DNA from: a virus
Reading direction: 5' to 3' (one strand)
IMG/VR virus record: IMGVR_UViG_3300033153_005812
Coordinates: 1 to 64,000 of that record
Length of the DNA: 64,000 bases
Below the pieces are notes generated by a model, which worked only from the letters and a program-made list of their open reading frames with translations, was not told the origin of the DNA and made no database searches. The translations under genes and the position numbers were made by a program. Positions 9,772-18,753 of the stretch are shown in pieces (positions within the stretch are counted from its first letter, which is position 1; every line of letters starts with the position of its first letter).

Positions 9772-10313
9772 AAAATGATCTAAGTCCAAAAGAAGAACAA
9801 AATGCTACGAGGTGCGAAAGCATTAAAGAATCACAAAAGCGTGGTGTCTTTGTAGATGAGTTCGGCGGAGAAAATCCTGCGGTTGCGGTAGGTAGTTGTA
9901 AACCTGCTACAAAGGGAGTATTAGCGGAACCGGAAAAAAGAAAATTAGCTGTTGATTTTATTGACGGTATCGCGGTTAAATTCAGTGAAGAATTTGTCAG
10001 AATGTTTCGGATGCTTGAAAAGAAATACAATAGAGTCATCGCTTTGCAATTTATCGACGATGAGTTCGGGGATTATGTGAAAAAGGTTTTCGGGTTGGTT
10101 ATAGATACGCAGATTCCATTAATTCATACATTGTCTGGAGAGGAGAAGTCAACTCAGTTAGATGACGATATTCGTGATCAAATCGGAACACCAGATGGAC
10201 AATATTCTCCTTATAAGGAAAAGGTGCTTTGCGATAATTGTGGCTCCAAAATTATTCGCAATGGAACTTGTATTAAATGTTTGAATTGCGGTGAGTCGAT
10301 TGGGTGTTCATAA
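9768..10313 (+). CDS. Hypothetical protein with NrdJ-like C-terminal Zn ribbon
   Basis: Ends CDNCGSKIIRNGTCIKCLNCGESIGCS. Confidence 0.7.
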   Translation: MKNDLSPKEEQNATRCESIKESQKRGVFVDEFGGENPAVAVGSCKPATKGVLAEPEKRKLAVDFIDGIAVKFSEEFVRMFRMLEKKYNRVIALQFIDDEFGDYVKKVFGLVIDTQIPLIHTLSGEEKSTQLDDDIRDQIGTPDGQYSPYKEKVLCDNCGSKIIRNGTCIKCLNCGESIGCS

Positions 10314-10318
10314 GGAGA

Positions 10319-10534
10319 ATGATGAAGACAAAAAATCAACAGCTTCAAGCACTTAAACTTGTTCAGAAGCAGATGACTGCTTCTCTTAATGGAGATAGAG
10401 TGTATCGAGAAGTCCATATTCCGGTTTGGCAATTTAGGATGTGGGGTGGTAACATAAAGTCTGCAGCTAATTTTCTGGAGAGAGAATTAAGAAAGGATAA
10501 AGTAAATGCGAAGAAGAAGAGATGCGGAATTTGA
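10319..10534 (+). CDS. Hypothetical protein
   Basis: AAGGAG directly before ATGATG at 10319. Confidence 0.55.
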   Translation: MMKTKNQQLQALKLVQKQMTASLNGDRVYREVHIPVWQFRMWGGNIKSAANFLERELRKDKVNAKKKRCGI

Positions 10535-10934
10535 TTACTATGCAATTTTAGGCTTAACGACAGATGCTACTGCTGGTGATATTAAGAGAGCTTATCGTCG
10601 AATGGCGATAAAATATCATCCCGATAAAAATCCAGATGATAAAGAAGCAGAAAGGATGTTCAAACTTTGCACACAGGCGTATGAAATTCTAAGTGATCCG
10701 GAACAACGGGATACGTATGATCATTATGAGCATCCTAAAGTTAAAACGAAAGCGTCTACTGGGAAACCTGATCCTAATTTAGATTCAGATTTCATAGACT
10801 GGTTGCGTGATTCTGATTTCTCGCCAGATGATTTTAAGAAAGCTGATCCTCCTTTTACAAGGTACAACAAAAATGAACAACGCAGAGTAGTTAAGACAAA
10901 TCTATGGCGAGATAAAGATTCACACAAAGAATAA
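10506..10934 (+). CDS. J-domain (DnaJ-like) co-chaperone
   Basis: DYYAILG...[18 protein letters not shown]...[15 protein letters not shown] with intact HPD. Confidence 0.93.
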   Translation: MRRRRDAEFDYYAILGLTTDATAGDIKRAYRRMAIKYHPDKNPDDKEAERMFKLCTQAYEILSDPEQRDTYDHYEHPKVKTKASTGKPDPNLDSDFIDWLRDSDFSPDDFKKADPPFTRYNKNEQRRVVKTNLWRDKDSHKE

Positions 10935-10947
10935 TGGATGTAGTGAA

Positions 10948-11277
10948 ATGACAACCGTCGTTAACATACGCAAAGAGCCTTACGATGTCTGTATAATGCG
11001 TCCGTCGATATACGGGAATCCCTTCGCGATTGGACGTGACGGGACCAGAGAAGAAGTAATTGAAAAATTTCGTATATATTTTTATGAAAGAATTAAACGA
11101 GACGAAGCATTTTCGGTAGCTGTTGTAAAACTCAGAGATCAAAGAATTGGCTGTTGTTGTGCTCCGCTTCCTTGTCATGGGGATATCTATGCAGAGTTCT
11201 TAGATAACCCTCCGGAAGACAAATATCTTGAAGGGACATTGAATCGAAATGGAACCAACGATAATAGAACCGAATAG
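10948..11277 (+). CDS. DUF4326-like protein
   Basis: RPSIYGNPF...IGCCCAPLPCHGD. Confidence 0.8.
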   Translation: MTTVVNIRKEPYDVCIMRPSIYGNPFAIGRDGTREEVIEKFRIYFYERIKRDEAFSVAVVKLRDQRIGCCCAPLPCHGDIYAEFLDNPPEDKYLEGTLNRNGTNDNRTE

Positions 11278-11494
11278 AGGTTTTGAACCCGACATGGCTT
11301 ATCCGCAATATGCTGATAAATATCGTAGGAATATTGTCGTGATTTCAACCAACACGTGGATCAAACTACAAGAGTATGTTTTAGATAAAGCGAATGATCC
11401 TCTAATAGGAGCGGATCAAACAATTCGAAAACATTGGGATAGTATTCTTACCGGAGTAATTCCATTCGGTATGCGGATTGTGAAAGGGAAGTGA
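11249..11494 (+). CDS. Hypothetical protein
   Basis: ORF in co-oriented operon. Confidence 0.55.
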   Translation: MEPTIIEPNRGFEPDMAYPQYADKYRRNIVVISTNTWIKLQEYVLDKANDPLIGADQTIRKHWDSILTGVIPFGMRIVKGK

Positions 11495-11670
11495 ATCGAA
11501 ATGCGTAATATACCGATAAAAGAAAAGAAAGATCGTAAACCTAATCCTTATTATGATAAGAATAGCGTTCCTCCGTTAGAAGACGATTATTCTGAAGAGT
11601 CCGGTCCGGATTCGGTTTGTGACGATAATTCCGTTTCAACTAATCGCTAAGGCAATTTAAGAAATTTGAA

Positions 11671-11883
11671 ATGACTCCTCCGTTTGTAGTTGATGAAATA
11701 GTTATAGATGATCTCACTCAAGAATCACACAGAGTGCTTGGGATAAGCTATGAAAATGGACGTTGTGAAGATAAGAAAGTAAGTTGTTATCATTGTTGGG
11801 GTATTTGGATTGATAGCGATTATTTAGGTGGAGCTCGTTATCCTTGGGAATTGACAAAAATTGAAGACATAAGGAGTAGTTAA
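11671..11883 (+). CDS. Hypothetical protein
   Basis: ORF in co-oriented operon. Confidence 0.55.
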   Translation: MTPPFVVDEIVIDDLTQESHRVLGISYENGRCEDKKVSCYHCWGIWIDSDYLGGARYPWELTKIEDIRSS

Positions 11884-11884
11884 T

Positions 11885-12190
11885 ATGAGAGTTTTTCTTT
11901 TACAAAAATCAAATAAATACGATGTATCTGCAGCGGAAGCTTACGGTAAAATAATTTATCTTATCGATGATTATCTACCACCGTTCGATCCAGATAAAAC
12001 TATTGAGCGTATAAGGTTTGAATTAGATCAAGCAAAATTTAATCCTAATCAAGATGCGATAGTTCTCACCGGAGCATCGATTCTTGTTTCGATGTTCTTA
12101 GCTGTACTCACTTTTGATTATGGAAAAGTAAAGACCTTGCTTTTCGACGCACGAACAGGACGTTATAAGTTAGTCGTTATAGAAATGTAA
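11885..12190 (+). CDS. Hypothetical phage protein
   Basis: AAGGAG RBS; YDVSAAEAYGKI...FNPNQDAIVLTG. Confidence 0.7.
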   Translation: MRVFLLQKSNKYDVSAAEAYGKIIYLIDDYLPPFDPDKTIERIRFELDQAKFNPNQDAIVLTGASILVSMFLAVLTFDYGKVKTLLFDARTGRYKLVVIEM

Positions 12191-12269
12191 AGGTGAAACA
12201 ACTATAAAAGTTCTTGATGTTCAACCATACGCTATTTTAGGAAATTATAGTTAAAGGAGAAAAAGAACA

Positions 12270-12854
12270 ATGTTTTCAGTCATCACAAAATATCTACCAA
12301 AGCCAATACGTATCAAAAAAGGTGTTGCGAAAAAACTTCAAAGTGTATTCGGAGAATGTCAACTCTTATATAATTTGGTTTACGGTTTCTTGAGTGAATC
12401 AACTCCTGCTATAAAATCTAAGGCTCTAAGCAACGAAGAGCTCACAGATTTTGGTTTTCTTTGTAGGGAATTGGAGAAATTATTCGATGAGCTACGAAAA
12501 GAATGCAAAGCTCGAAAAGAACTTTGTGGGAGTGTAATTGCTTATCGATTGATTCAAGAATCTTTGACAGATCCTACAATTACTATGAAGTCGAAAGGGG
12601 AATTAGCGACTGGGACGCCAAATCTAAAAATGGAAGTTCAGTTACCGAAGAAGTTTACAGATGAATATTTTCAACTGACAGATTTCTTCGGTGTTCCCAG
12701 AGAAGTTGCGGAGACCGGTATTTTACGTCTTGATTGGAAAATGGTCACAACATATTGTACGAAACTCTTAGAGGATGGGAAATCAATCCCAGAAGGTTTT
12801 GGGAAAAAATATCCCCGGTATGTAACAACATACAGAAGAACGAAGGGAGGTTGA
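12270..12854 (+). CDS. Hypothetical protein in replication module
   Basis: AAGGAG RBS, 194 aa. Confidence 0.7.
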   Translation: MFSVITKYLPKPIRIKKGVAKKLQSVFGECQLLYNLVYGFLSESTPAIKSKALSNEELTDFGFLCRELEKLFDELRKECKARKELCGSVIAYRLIQESLTDPTITMKSKGELATGTPNLKMEVQLPKKFTDEYFQLTDFFGVPREVAETGILRLDWKMVTTYCTKLLEDGKSIPEGFGKKYPRYVTTYRRTKGG

Positions 12855-12928
12855 AACAAAAAAGAAAACCCTGATAATTGTTGGTGAGAGAATCAATGTA
12901 AATTAATCTAAATTTTGGAGACCTGATT

Positions 12929-13816
12929 ATGAGTGAAAATGGTAACGGTCAGAACGGCCAAAGTAAAAAGGCAAGCAGAACGGAAACTGCGATCAACAAA
13001 GTTGAGGGGATAGATCCAAACTATCTTCAGAAGTACATCGAAGATGATAAGAGTTTGGACACCCTCAAAGAACAGCGTGTGGTTCCGCGGTTGAAGATTA
13101 TTCAGGCGACATCGGAGACTGAGCTGAAGAGTCACTTTGGCGAGGGTACTGTTATTGTTCGTCCTGGCGATGCTATGATCTGCAAATTTAACGACGATCC
13201 ACGTTCGTTCGACTTTGTCCCTCTGTTCTTTTTCATAGAGTGGGCGAAGTGGGCAGATCTTCGAGCCGGTTCCGGACCAATGATCTTAGATCGAACTCAC
13301 GACGCTTCCAGTGAGATCGCTATCAAATCGAAAAACTTTGAGACGCGTACAGAGGTTTATCCGGGGCACGCACAACTCCCAGAGCCCGATAAGCATTATT
13401 ATCGCTATGTCGAACATCTCAGGTTCATCGGGCTTATCTACGGCGATCATCCTTTGGCAGGGACTCCGGTGACGTTGTCTTTCGAACGTGGTGAATGGGG
13501 TCAAGGAAAGAATTTCATCTCTGCCGTAACATTGCGAAGGCAAACGATAGGTGATACTCCTCGCCCAGTTCCGCTCTGGGCTCAGGTATGGAGACTCTCA
13601 CCGAAGTTTAGAGAGCCTGATGCAAGCAGAAAATGGTATGGCTTCGGTTTCGAGCCTGCTGATCCGTCTCTTATAAGAGAAGATGAGGCAGAAGCTATGT
13701 CGGCTTTGCACACCGAATTCAAAGAGCTCTTTAAGCAATCGAGGTTGATGGTTCAGGATGAACCGACCGAGCAGACCGTCGACGAAGCTGAGACAAAAGC
13801 CCATAAAGACTTCTAA
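12929..13816 (+). CDS. Putative single-stranded DNA-binding protein
   Basis: VPRLKIIQATS and KWYGF motifs, acidic tail, replication context, followed by terminator. Confidence 0.55.
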   Translation: MSENGNGQNGQSKKASRTETAINKVEGIDPNYLQKYIEDDKSLDTLKEQRVVPRLKIIQATSETELKSHFGEGTVIVRPGDAMICKFNDDPRSFDFVPLFFFIEWAKWADLRAGSGPMILDRTHDASSEIAIKSKNFETRTEVYPGHAQLPEPDKHYYRYVEHLRFIGLIYGDHPLAGTPVTLSFERGEWGQGKNFISAVTLRRQTIGDTPRPVPLWAQVWRLSPKFREPDASRKWYGFGFEPADPSLIREDEAEAMSALHTEFKELFKQSRLMVQDEPTEQTVDEAETKAHKDF

Positions 13817-13843
13817 ATTTGAACCTTGTTTTTACTAACTAAT

Positions 13844-13879
13844 TAGCAGCGGGATGTGAATATGTTCCGCTGCTATTTT
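13844..13879 (+). terminator. Intrinsic terminator
   Basis: TAGCAGCGG...CCGCTGCTA then TTTT. Confidence 0.8.
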
Positions 13880-13882
13880 GCT

Positions 13883-13954
13883 CAGCCTATAACACCGACT
13901 CACTCCCGCAGAGGCTCTGAGCGATCGCTGGGGAAGCCGATATCAGGCTGTAAA
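13883..13954 (-). repeat. Dispersed structured repeat, copy B
   Basis: 45-nt core identical to copy A (inverted); flanks CAGCCT/AGGCTG close a long stem. Confidence 0.95.
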
Positions 13955-13993
13955 TCACGTTTTAGACGTTATCAGCCTTTTCAGGAAAATTAA

Positions 13994-16867
13994 GTGTCGT
14001 ACAACATCAAAGCCATAAATGCTTTAGCTGAATTAGAAAGATATGGTTGGACGTATCAACCGTCTGGATCAGATGAAGTTAGATGTCTTTGTCCAGTGCA
14101 CGACGATGAACATCCCAGTCTTTTCCTTAACATAGAAAAAAATGTTTGGATCTGTCATGCTTCGCAATGTAGAGCTCATGGCGATATAATCGCACTTCTT
14201 GCTCACATCGGTAAAGTTCAACGAAAAACAATCATCGCAGATTTATTGACAAGATACCCGGATCTACAAGACATTAAAATTGTAGATCAAAAACGAATAG
14301 AAAAATTTCATCAGGCGATTTGGAAATCTGGTTCTTTCTTACAAGAATTATATAAGAGAGGAGTGACGGATGACGATATAAGAGAACAGAGAATTGGTTT
14401 CAATGGCGAGCGAATAATTATTCCTGTTTATAATTTGCAGAAGCAAGTGATCAATCTTCGTAAATATATGCCAGGAGCTCCCGGTCATGAGAAGATGAGA
14501 AATCTTAAAGGATACAGCACTTTAGCTTTATATATGCCAGAACAGTTAAAGTATGAAACAATATGGATTTGCGGTGGAGAATTGAAAGCTCTCGTAGCTA
14601 AGAGATTATTAAATCCTGAGAATATTGGAGCGACATCGGTAACTGGAGCAGAGGGTGCTTGGCATAAAACTTTTATCCCGTTCTTCAAAGACAAATTTGT
14701 TTTTATCTGTATGGATATTGATGTTGGTGGTGTAACAGCAGCGAAAACTGTTGCTCAACAAATTCTTCGAGTTGCGAAGGCTGTCTTTATAGTACATTTA
14801 CCGTTAGACGAACGAAAATATCCGAAAGGTGATATCAATGATTGGGTGGGAAGTGAGAAAGCTACTACTCAAGATTTCTTAGCTTTAATGAAAAATGCTA
14901 AGAAATATATGCCTCAAGAAATCTTAGATGAGGTAGATAATTCTGAACCCAAAAGATGTAGGTTGATAGAAGCAGGGAAAGCAAATAACATAGGGATTAA
15001 AATTCAATGCGATGCAGTTATTTCAACTATAAGTGAAGATACTCTTATAATAACGAAAGAAGTAGATATAGCTTGTACGCGAGATACTAAATTCTGTGCG
15101 TTGTGTCTTGTAAATTCTAAAGAACCAGATGAAGAAACTGGTTTAACTCGAATCAAAATACAAGCTACAAATCCGGCGATATTAGAAATGCTGAATTCAT
15201 CGCCCTCGAAATTGAAATCTGCTGTGCTATCATCTCTGAATGTTCCAGACTGTAAGTCTGCAAAAGTTAAACCATTTTCGTATTATAACATCGTGGATAC
15301 AAGGCTGACTAATCCTTTAGAAATACACAGTGAGGAAAGTGAGCATATTGTTCAACCTGCATATATAATCACCGATAAGATTTTAGATCTAAATATTCCT
15401 TACACAATTATTGGTAAGGCATATCCTCATCCCATAAATTGGGCCGGTGTTCTTCTTATTGACGCGGTAGAAGAAAAAGAAGATAGTTTATCATCTTATG
15501 TTTTCAACGATGAAGATTATGAACAATTGAAAATTTTCCGACCTGAAGAATGGTCTTATGAAGGTTTGGAAGAAAAGCTGAATTGCATTTATAAAGATTT
15601 CGCTTATAATGTAACTCGCATTTTTCAACGTCAAGACTTACATCTTGCAATGGACTTGGCTTATCATTCAGTTTTACATTTTAACTTTGAAGGTCAAGTT
15701 CAGAATGGATTGATAGATTGTCTTGTGTCTGGAGATAGTTCTCAAGGTAAAAGTGAAGTCGCTATTCGTCTCATACAACATTATAAATTAGGAATGAGAC
15801 ACGATTGTGGAGGTGCTACGATATCTGGTCTTCTTGGAGGAGTAGAACAGATGGGAAACAAGTGGTTCGTTAAGTGGGGTATAATTCCAATCTATGATAT
15901 GCAATTGGTTATCTTAGAAGAAATAAAAGGAGCCAGTGTTGAAGTTTTAGGTAAGCTGCGTGATATGAGAACCTCTAAAATCGCTGAGATAATGAAAATA
16001 GCACGGCGAAAAACTCATGCAAGAACTCGTATAATAATGATCTCTAATCCACGTAGTGATAGAGCTGTATCTTCTTATAGTTATGGAATAACTATTGTAA
16101 AAGAACTAATGGGTAATCTGGAAGATGTTCGCCGCTTTGATTTCGCTTTAATATTAGCTCAACAGGAAATAGATAGAAAAGTTATAAATGATTTTCAGCG
16201 AAATCAAAATATGGTAGAACCATATTATTCTTCAAAAATTTGTAAGAAAAATGTTTTATATGCGTGGACTCGAAAAGTGGATCAAATAAAGTTTGAAGAC
16301 AAATTCCGTAATTTGTGTTTAGACTATGCAAATAAATTGTGCTCCAAATTTTCTGAGTCATTGCCTCTTTGTGACAAAGGGACTATGAGACATAAATTAG
16401 CCAGGATAGCTATCGCTTTAGCTTGTAGAACTTTTAGCACTACCGATGATTACAGAATAGTATTAGTGAGAGAGTGTCATATTAAATACGCCTATAGATT
16501 TCTAAATAGAATTTATAGTGCTCCTTACTGCGGCTACGATGGTTATTCTAAAGCAGAACGACAACATTCGCAATTACAAAATACGGATAAGATAAAATCA
16601 GCATTAAAAGAGACAAAACATCCACGAACTTTACTCGAACAGATATTATACGCAGAGAGAATAAGTCTTGTAGATCTTCAATCGTGGTGTGAAATAGATC
16701 GAGATAACGCTCAAAGATTGTTATCTTTATTAGATCGCAATGGAGCTCTACATAGAGATTCAGGTGGATTTGAATATGTAAAATCAGCAGGCTTTATAAG
16801 TGCGTTGAAAGAAATGCTGATAGACAAAACTTTTACAGATAATGTTGCTGAAAGTTCGGAGTTCTAA
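13994..16867 (+). CDS. DNA primase (CHC2 Zn finger + TOPRIM) fused to MCM-like AAA+ helicase
   Basis: CPVHDDEHPS...CHASQC; GGELK, MDIDVGG, GDINDW; CxxxxxxCxxC Zn motif; GDSSQGKS, ATISGLLGG, ILEEI, ARTRIIMISNP, RRFD. Confidence 0.85.
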   Translation: MSYNIKAINALAELERYGWTYQPSGSDEVRCLCPVHDDEHPSLFLNIEKNVWICHASQCRAHGDIIALLAHIGKVQRKTIIADLLTRYPDLQDIKIVDQKRIEKFHQAIWKSGSFLQELYKRGVTDDDIREQRIGFNGERIIIPVYNLQKQVINLRKYMPGAPGHEKMRNLKGYSTLALYMPEQLKYETIWICGGELKALVAKRLLNPENIGATSVTGAEGAWHKTFIPFFKDKFVFICMDIDVGGVTAAKTVAQQILRVAKAVFIVHLPLDERKYPKGDINDWVGSEKATTQDFLALMKNAKKYMPQEILDEVDNSEPKRCRLIEAGKANNIGIKIQCDAVISTISEDTLIITKEVDIACTRDTKFCALCLVNSKEPDEETGLTRIKIQATNPAILEMLNSSPSKLKSAVLSSLNVPDCKSAKVKPFSYYNIVDTRLTNPLEIHSEESEHIVQPAYIITDKILDLNIPYTIIGKAYPHPINWAGVLLIDAVEEKEDSLSSYVFNDEDYEQLKIFRPEEWSYEGLEEKLNCIYKDFAYNVTRIFQRQDLHLAMDLAYHSVLHFNFEGQVQNGLIDCLVSGDSSQGKSEVAIRLIQHYKLGMRHDCGGATISGLLGGVEQMGNKWFVKWGIIPIYDMQLVILEEIKGASVEVLGKLRDMRTSKIAEIMKIARRKTHARTRIIMISNPRSDRAVSSYSYGITIVKELMGNLEDVRRFDFALILAQQEIDRKVINDFQRNQNMVEPYYSSKICKKNVLYAWTRKVDQIKFEDKFRNLCLDYANKLCSKFSESLPLCDKGTMRHKLARIAIALACRTFSTTDDYRIVLVRECHIKYAYRFLNRIYSAPYCGYDGYSKAERQHSQLQNTDKIKSALKETKHPRTLLEQILYAERISLVDLQSWCEIDRDNAQRLLSLLDRNGALHRDSGGFEYVKSAGFISALKEMLIDKTFTDNVAESSEF

Positions 16868-16868
16868 G

Positions 16869-17402
16869 ATGAGAAATCTACAAGATTTAGTGCGTGAATT
16901 TAATGAAGCAAATGGATTTCCAGTCAATAGTTTGTTGCTGGATAAAAATGGACCGGCGAAAGGTCCTCTTTGGGTTTTATGGTATGTAAAGATTATAGGT
17001 TACATACTTTTGATTCTTGGTAGAATCAGTGTCTGGCTCGACAAGCTGACAACAAAATTAGGACATAGAGATCCGAGGATCTTCAGGTGTCATATTATGG
17101 TAGATGAATTGGGAGAAACTTTGGTTGCTATCTCTAATAATGATGAGATAGAAGTTGCAGATGGATTAGCTGATTTAGCTTATGTTCTATTCGGGACAGC
17201 CGTCTTACACAATATACCTTTAGAAACAATCTTCAGGGAGGTTCATCGTTCGAATTTAACGAAAGGATTTATTCCTGGCCAAGACGGTAGAATTAAAGGT
17301 CTTTATAGAACAAAGAAATATTCGCCACCGAATATCAAAGCTGCTATCTATGTTGGCAGAAAAATGAATGATGGAGGTACTACTGATGTCGTTGATAATT
17401 GA
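16869..17402 (+). CDS. MazG/PRA-PH-like NTP pyrophosphohydrolase
   Basis: LVREFNEA, DELGET, EVADGLADLAYV, EVHRSNLTK; start moved to ATG 16869. Confidence 0.8.
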   Translation: MRNLQDLVREFNEANGFPVNSLLLDKNGPAKGPLWVLWYVKIIGYILLILGRISVWLDKLTTKLGHRDPRIFRCHIMVDELGETLVAISNNDEIEVADGLADLAYVLFGTAVLHNIPLETIFREVHRSNLTKGFIPGQDGRIKGLYRTKKYSPPNIKAAIYVGRKMNDGGTTDVVDN

Positions 17403-17952
17403 AGGTTCTGATAATTTAGGTAAAACTACTTTCGCCAAGAAACTTATAAGGTATGTTTGGGATCATGATAGATATCCTTGTATGTATTCTTGGATGACAA
17501 GGCCAAATGAAGAGACATTCGACTTCTTCGAAAGTTATAAGATGATGATCAATCCTTATACAGTACAGGATAGATTTCATCTTGGGGCTTTAGCTTATCA
17601 CGAAGATAGAATCTCAAATAGCAATTTGATTAAGATCGAAGAATGGATTCGAGATATAGGTGGGTTTGTAGTTTTATTCTATGCTAAGGATGAGGACTGG
17701 TATAAAGATCAAATTGCTAAAGATAGAAGAGGCAACTTGCTTGCGAACGAAATTCTATGCAAAGGTAATTCTATTTTCACAGCTATCACTACTGGTCTTC
17801 ATCCACTACGTCCAGATTTCAAATATGCTTTTGATATTAGTGGAGGGAATTATGTTAGCGATGAAAATATCGCACGTATTGCAGAAACTTGGATGAGATA
17901 CAGACAAAGAGCAATGGAACAACTTGTTAGGATCCAGAATGAATTGGTTTGA
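17386..17952 (+). CDS. dNMP kinase-like P-loop protein
   Basis: IIEGSDNLGKTT and DRF motifs; GGAGG RBS before ATG 17386. Confidence 0.75.
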   Translation: MSLIIEGSDNLGKTTFAKKLIRYVWDHDRYPCMYSWMTRPNEETFDFFESYKMMINPYTVQDRFHLGALAYHEDRISNSNLIKIEEWIRDIGGFVVLFYAKDEDWYKDQIAKDRRGNLLANEILCKGNSIFTAITTGLHPLRPDFKYAFDISGGNYVSDENIARIAETWMRYRQRAMEQLVRIQNELV

Positions 17953-18175
17953 ACTTTTAGGTATAATTAGTTTGATTTTTGCAATAGCAGGGTCTCTATT
18001 AAATAATCGTAAAATGATTGTTTGTTTCCCTATTTGGATGATTGCAAATTTAATATGTTTTGGAATGCATCTTCAAATTATTATAACTTTAGGTCAAGGT
18101 TGGTCGCTCGCTGCGAAAGATGTGGCTTTCATGTATATTTGTATCGACGGTTATTTTCGGTGGAGAAAAAAGTAG
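17939..18175 (+). CDS. Small multi-pass membrane protein (PnuC-like half)
   Basis: Three hydrophobic segments, CFPIWMIAN, GYFRW terminus. Confidence 0.55.
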   Translation: MNWFELLGIISLIFAIAGSLLNNRKMIVCFPIWMIANLICFGMHLQIIITLGQGWSLAAKDVAFMYICIDGYFRWRKK

Positions 18176-18176
18176 A

Positions 18177-18752
18177 ATGGAATCGCATTTACAATTACAA
18201 CTTTTAGAAGCTTTTGTAGGAGCTACAAAAGGAGACAAGACAATGGAAGATCTAATTAAGAGAGTAATTCTGCAGTCTTTTAGAGACATCAAGAAAGCGG
18301 CGAGGAAAAATCAGAAGTGTCAGAGAAAAGGATGCGGCTGTGTTATTTTAGAAATCAACCTTCGAGAAAGTTTGATTCAACATTTCGCAGCCGTAAATGG
18401 ACCCTCTGGTCCTAAGAATAAATGTTCTAATATCAAAGGAGCCTGCGGCTGTTCACATGCTGAACCGAGAGCTATTATGAAGTATCTAAAGCAACGAAAG
18501 CCCAGAATTAAGAGGGATTATATTAAGACTATTCTACTCACAACTTTTTCTTCGTGTGTGAATTGTGCTAATATCATCGTTGATTCTGGCGTCATAGATG
18601 TAGTTATATATGAGTTCCTTGCTACTCACTGGGCGACTCCGCCTCACGATGCAAAAAGTATGCTTGATCGTAGTCTTTTGCATTGGTCGAAGAAAGAGAT
18701 TATAAAAGACAAGGATAATAAGTTGATTAAAAAATGGCTTTTCGAGAATTAA
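18177..18752 (+). CDS. dCMP deaminase-family protein
   Basis: HAE and SCVNC Zn motifs; start uncertain. Confidence 0.8.
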   Translation: MESHLQLQLLEAFVGATKGDKTMEDLIKRVILQSFRDIKKAARKNQKCQRKGCGCVILEINLRESLIQHFAAVNGPSGPKNKCSNIKGACGCSHAEPRAIMKYLKQRKPRIKRDYIKTILLTTFSSCVNCANIIVDSGVIDVVIYEFLATHWATPPHDAKSMLDRSLLHWSKKEIIKDKDNKLIKKWLFEN

Positions 18753-18753
18753 G

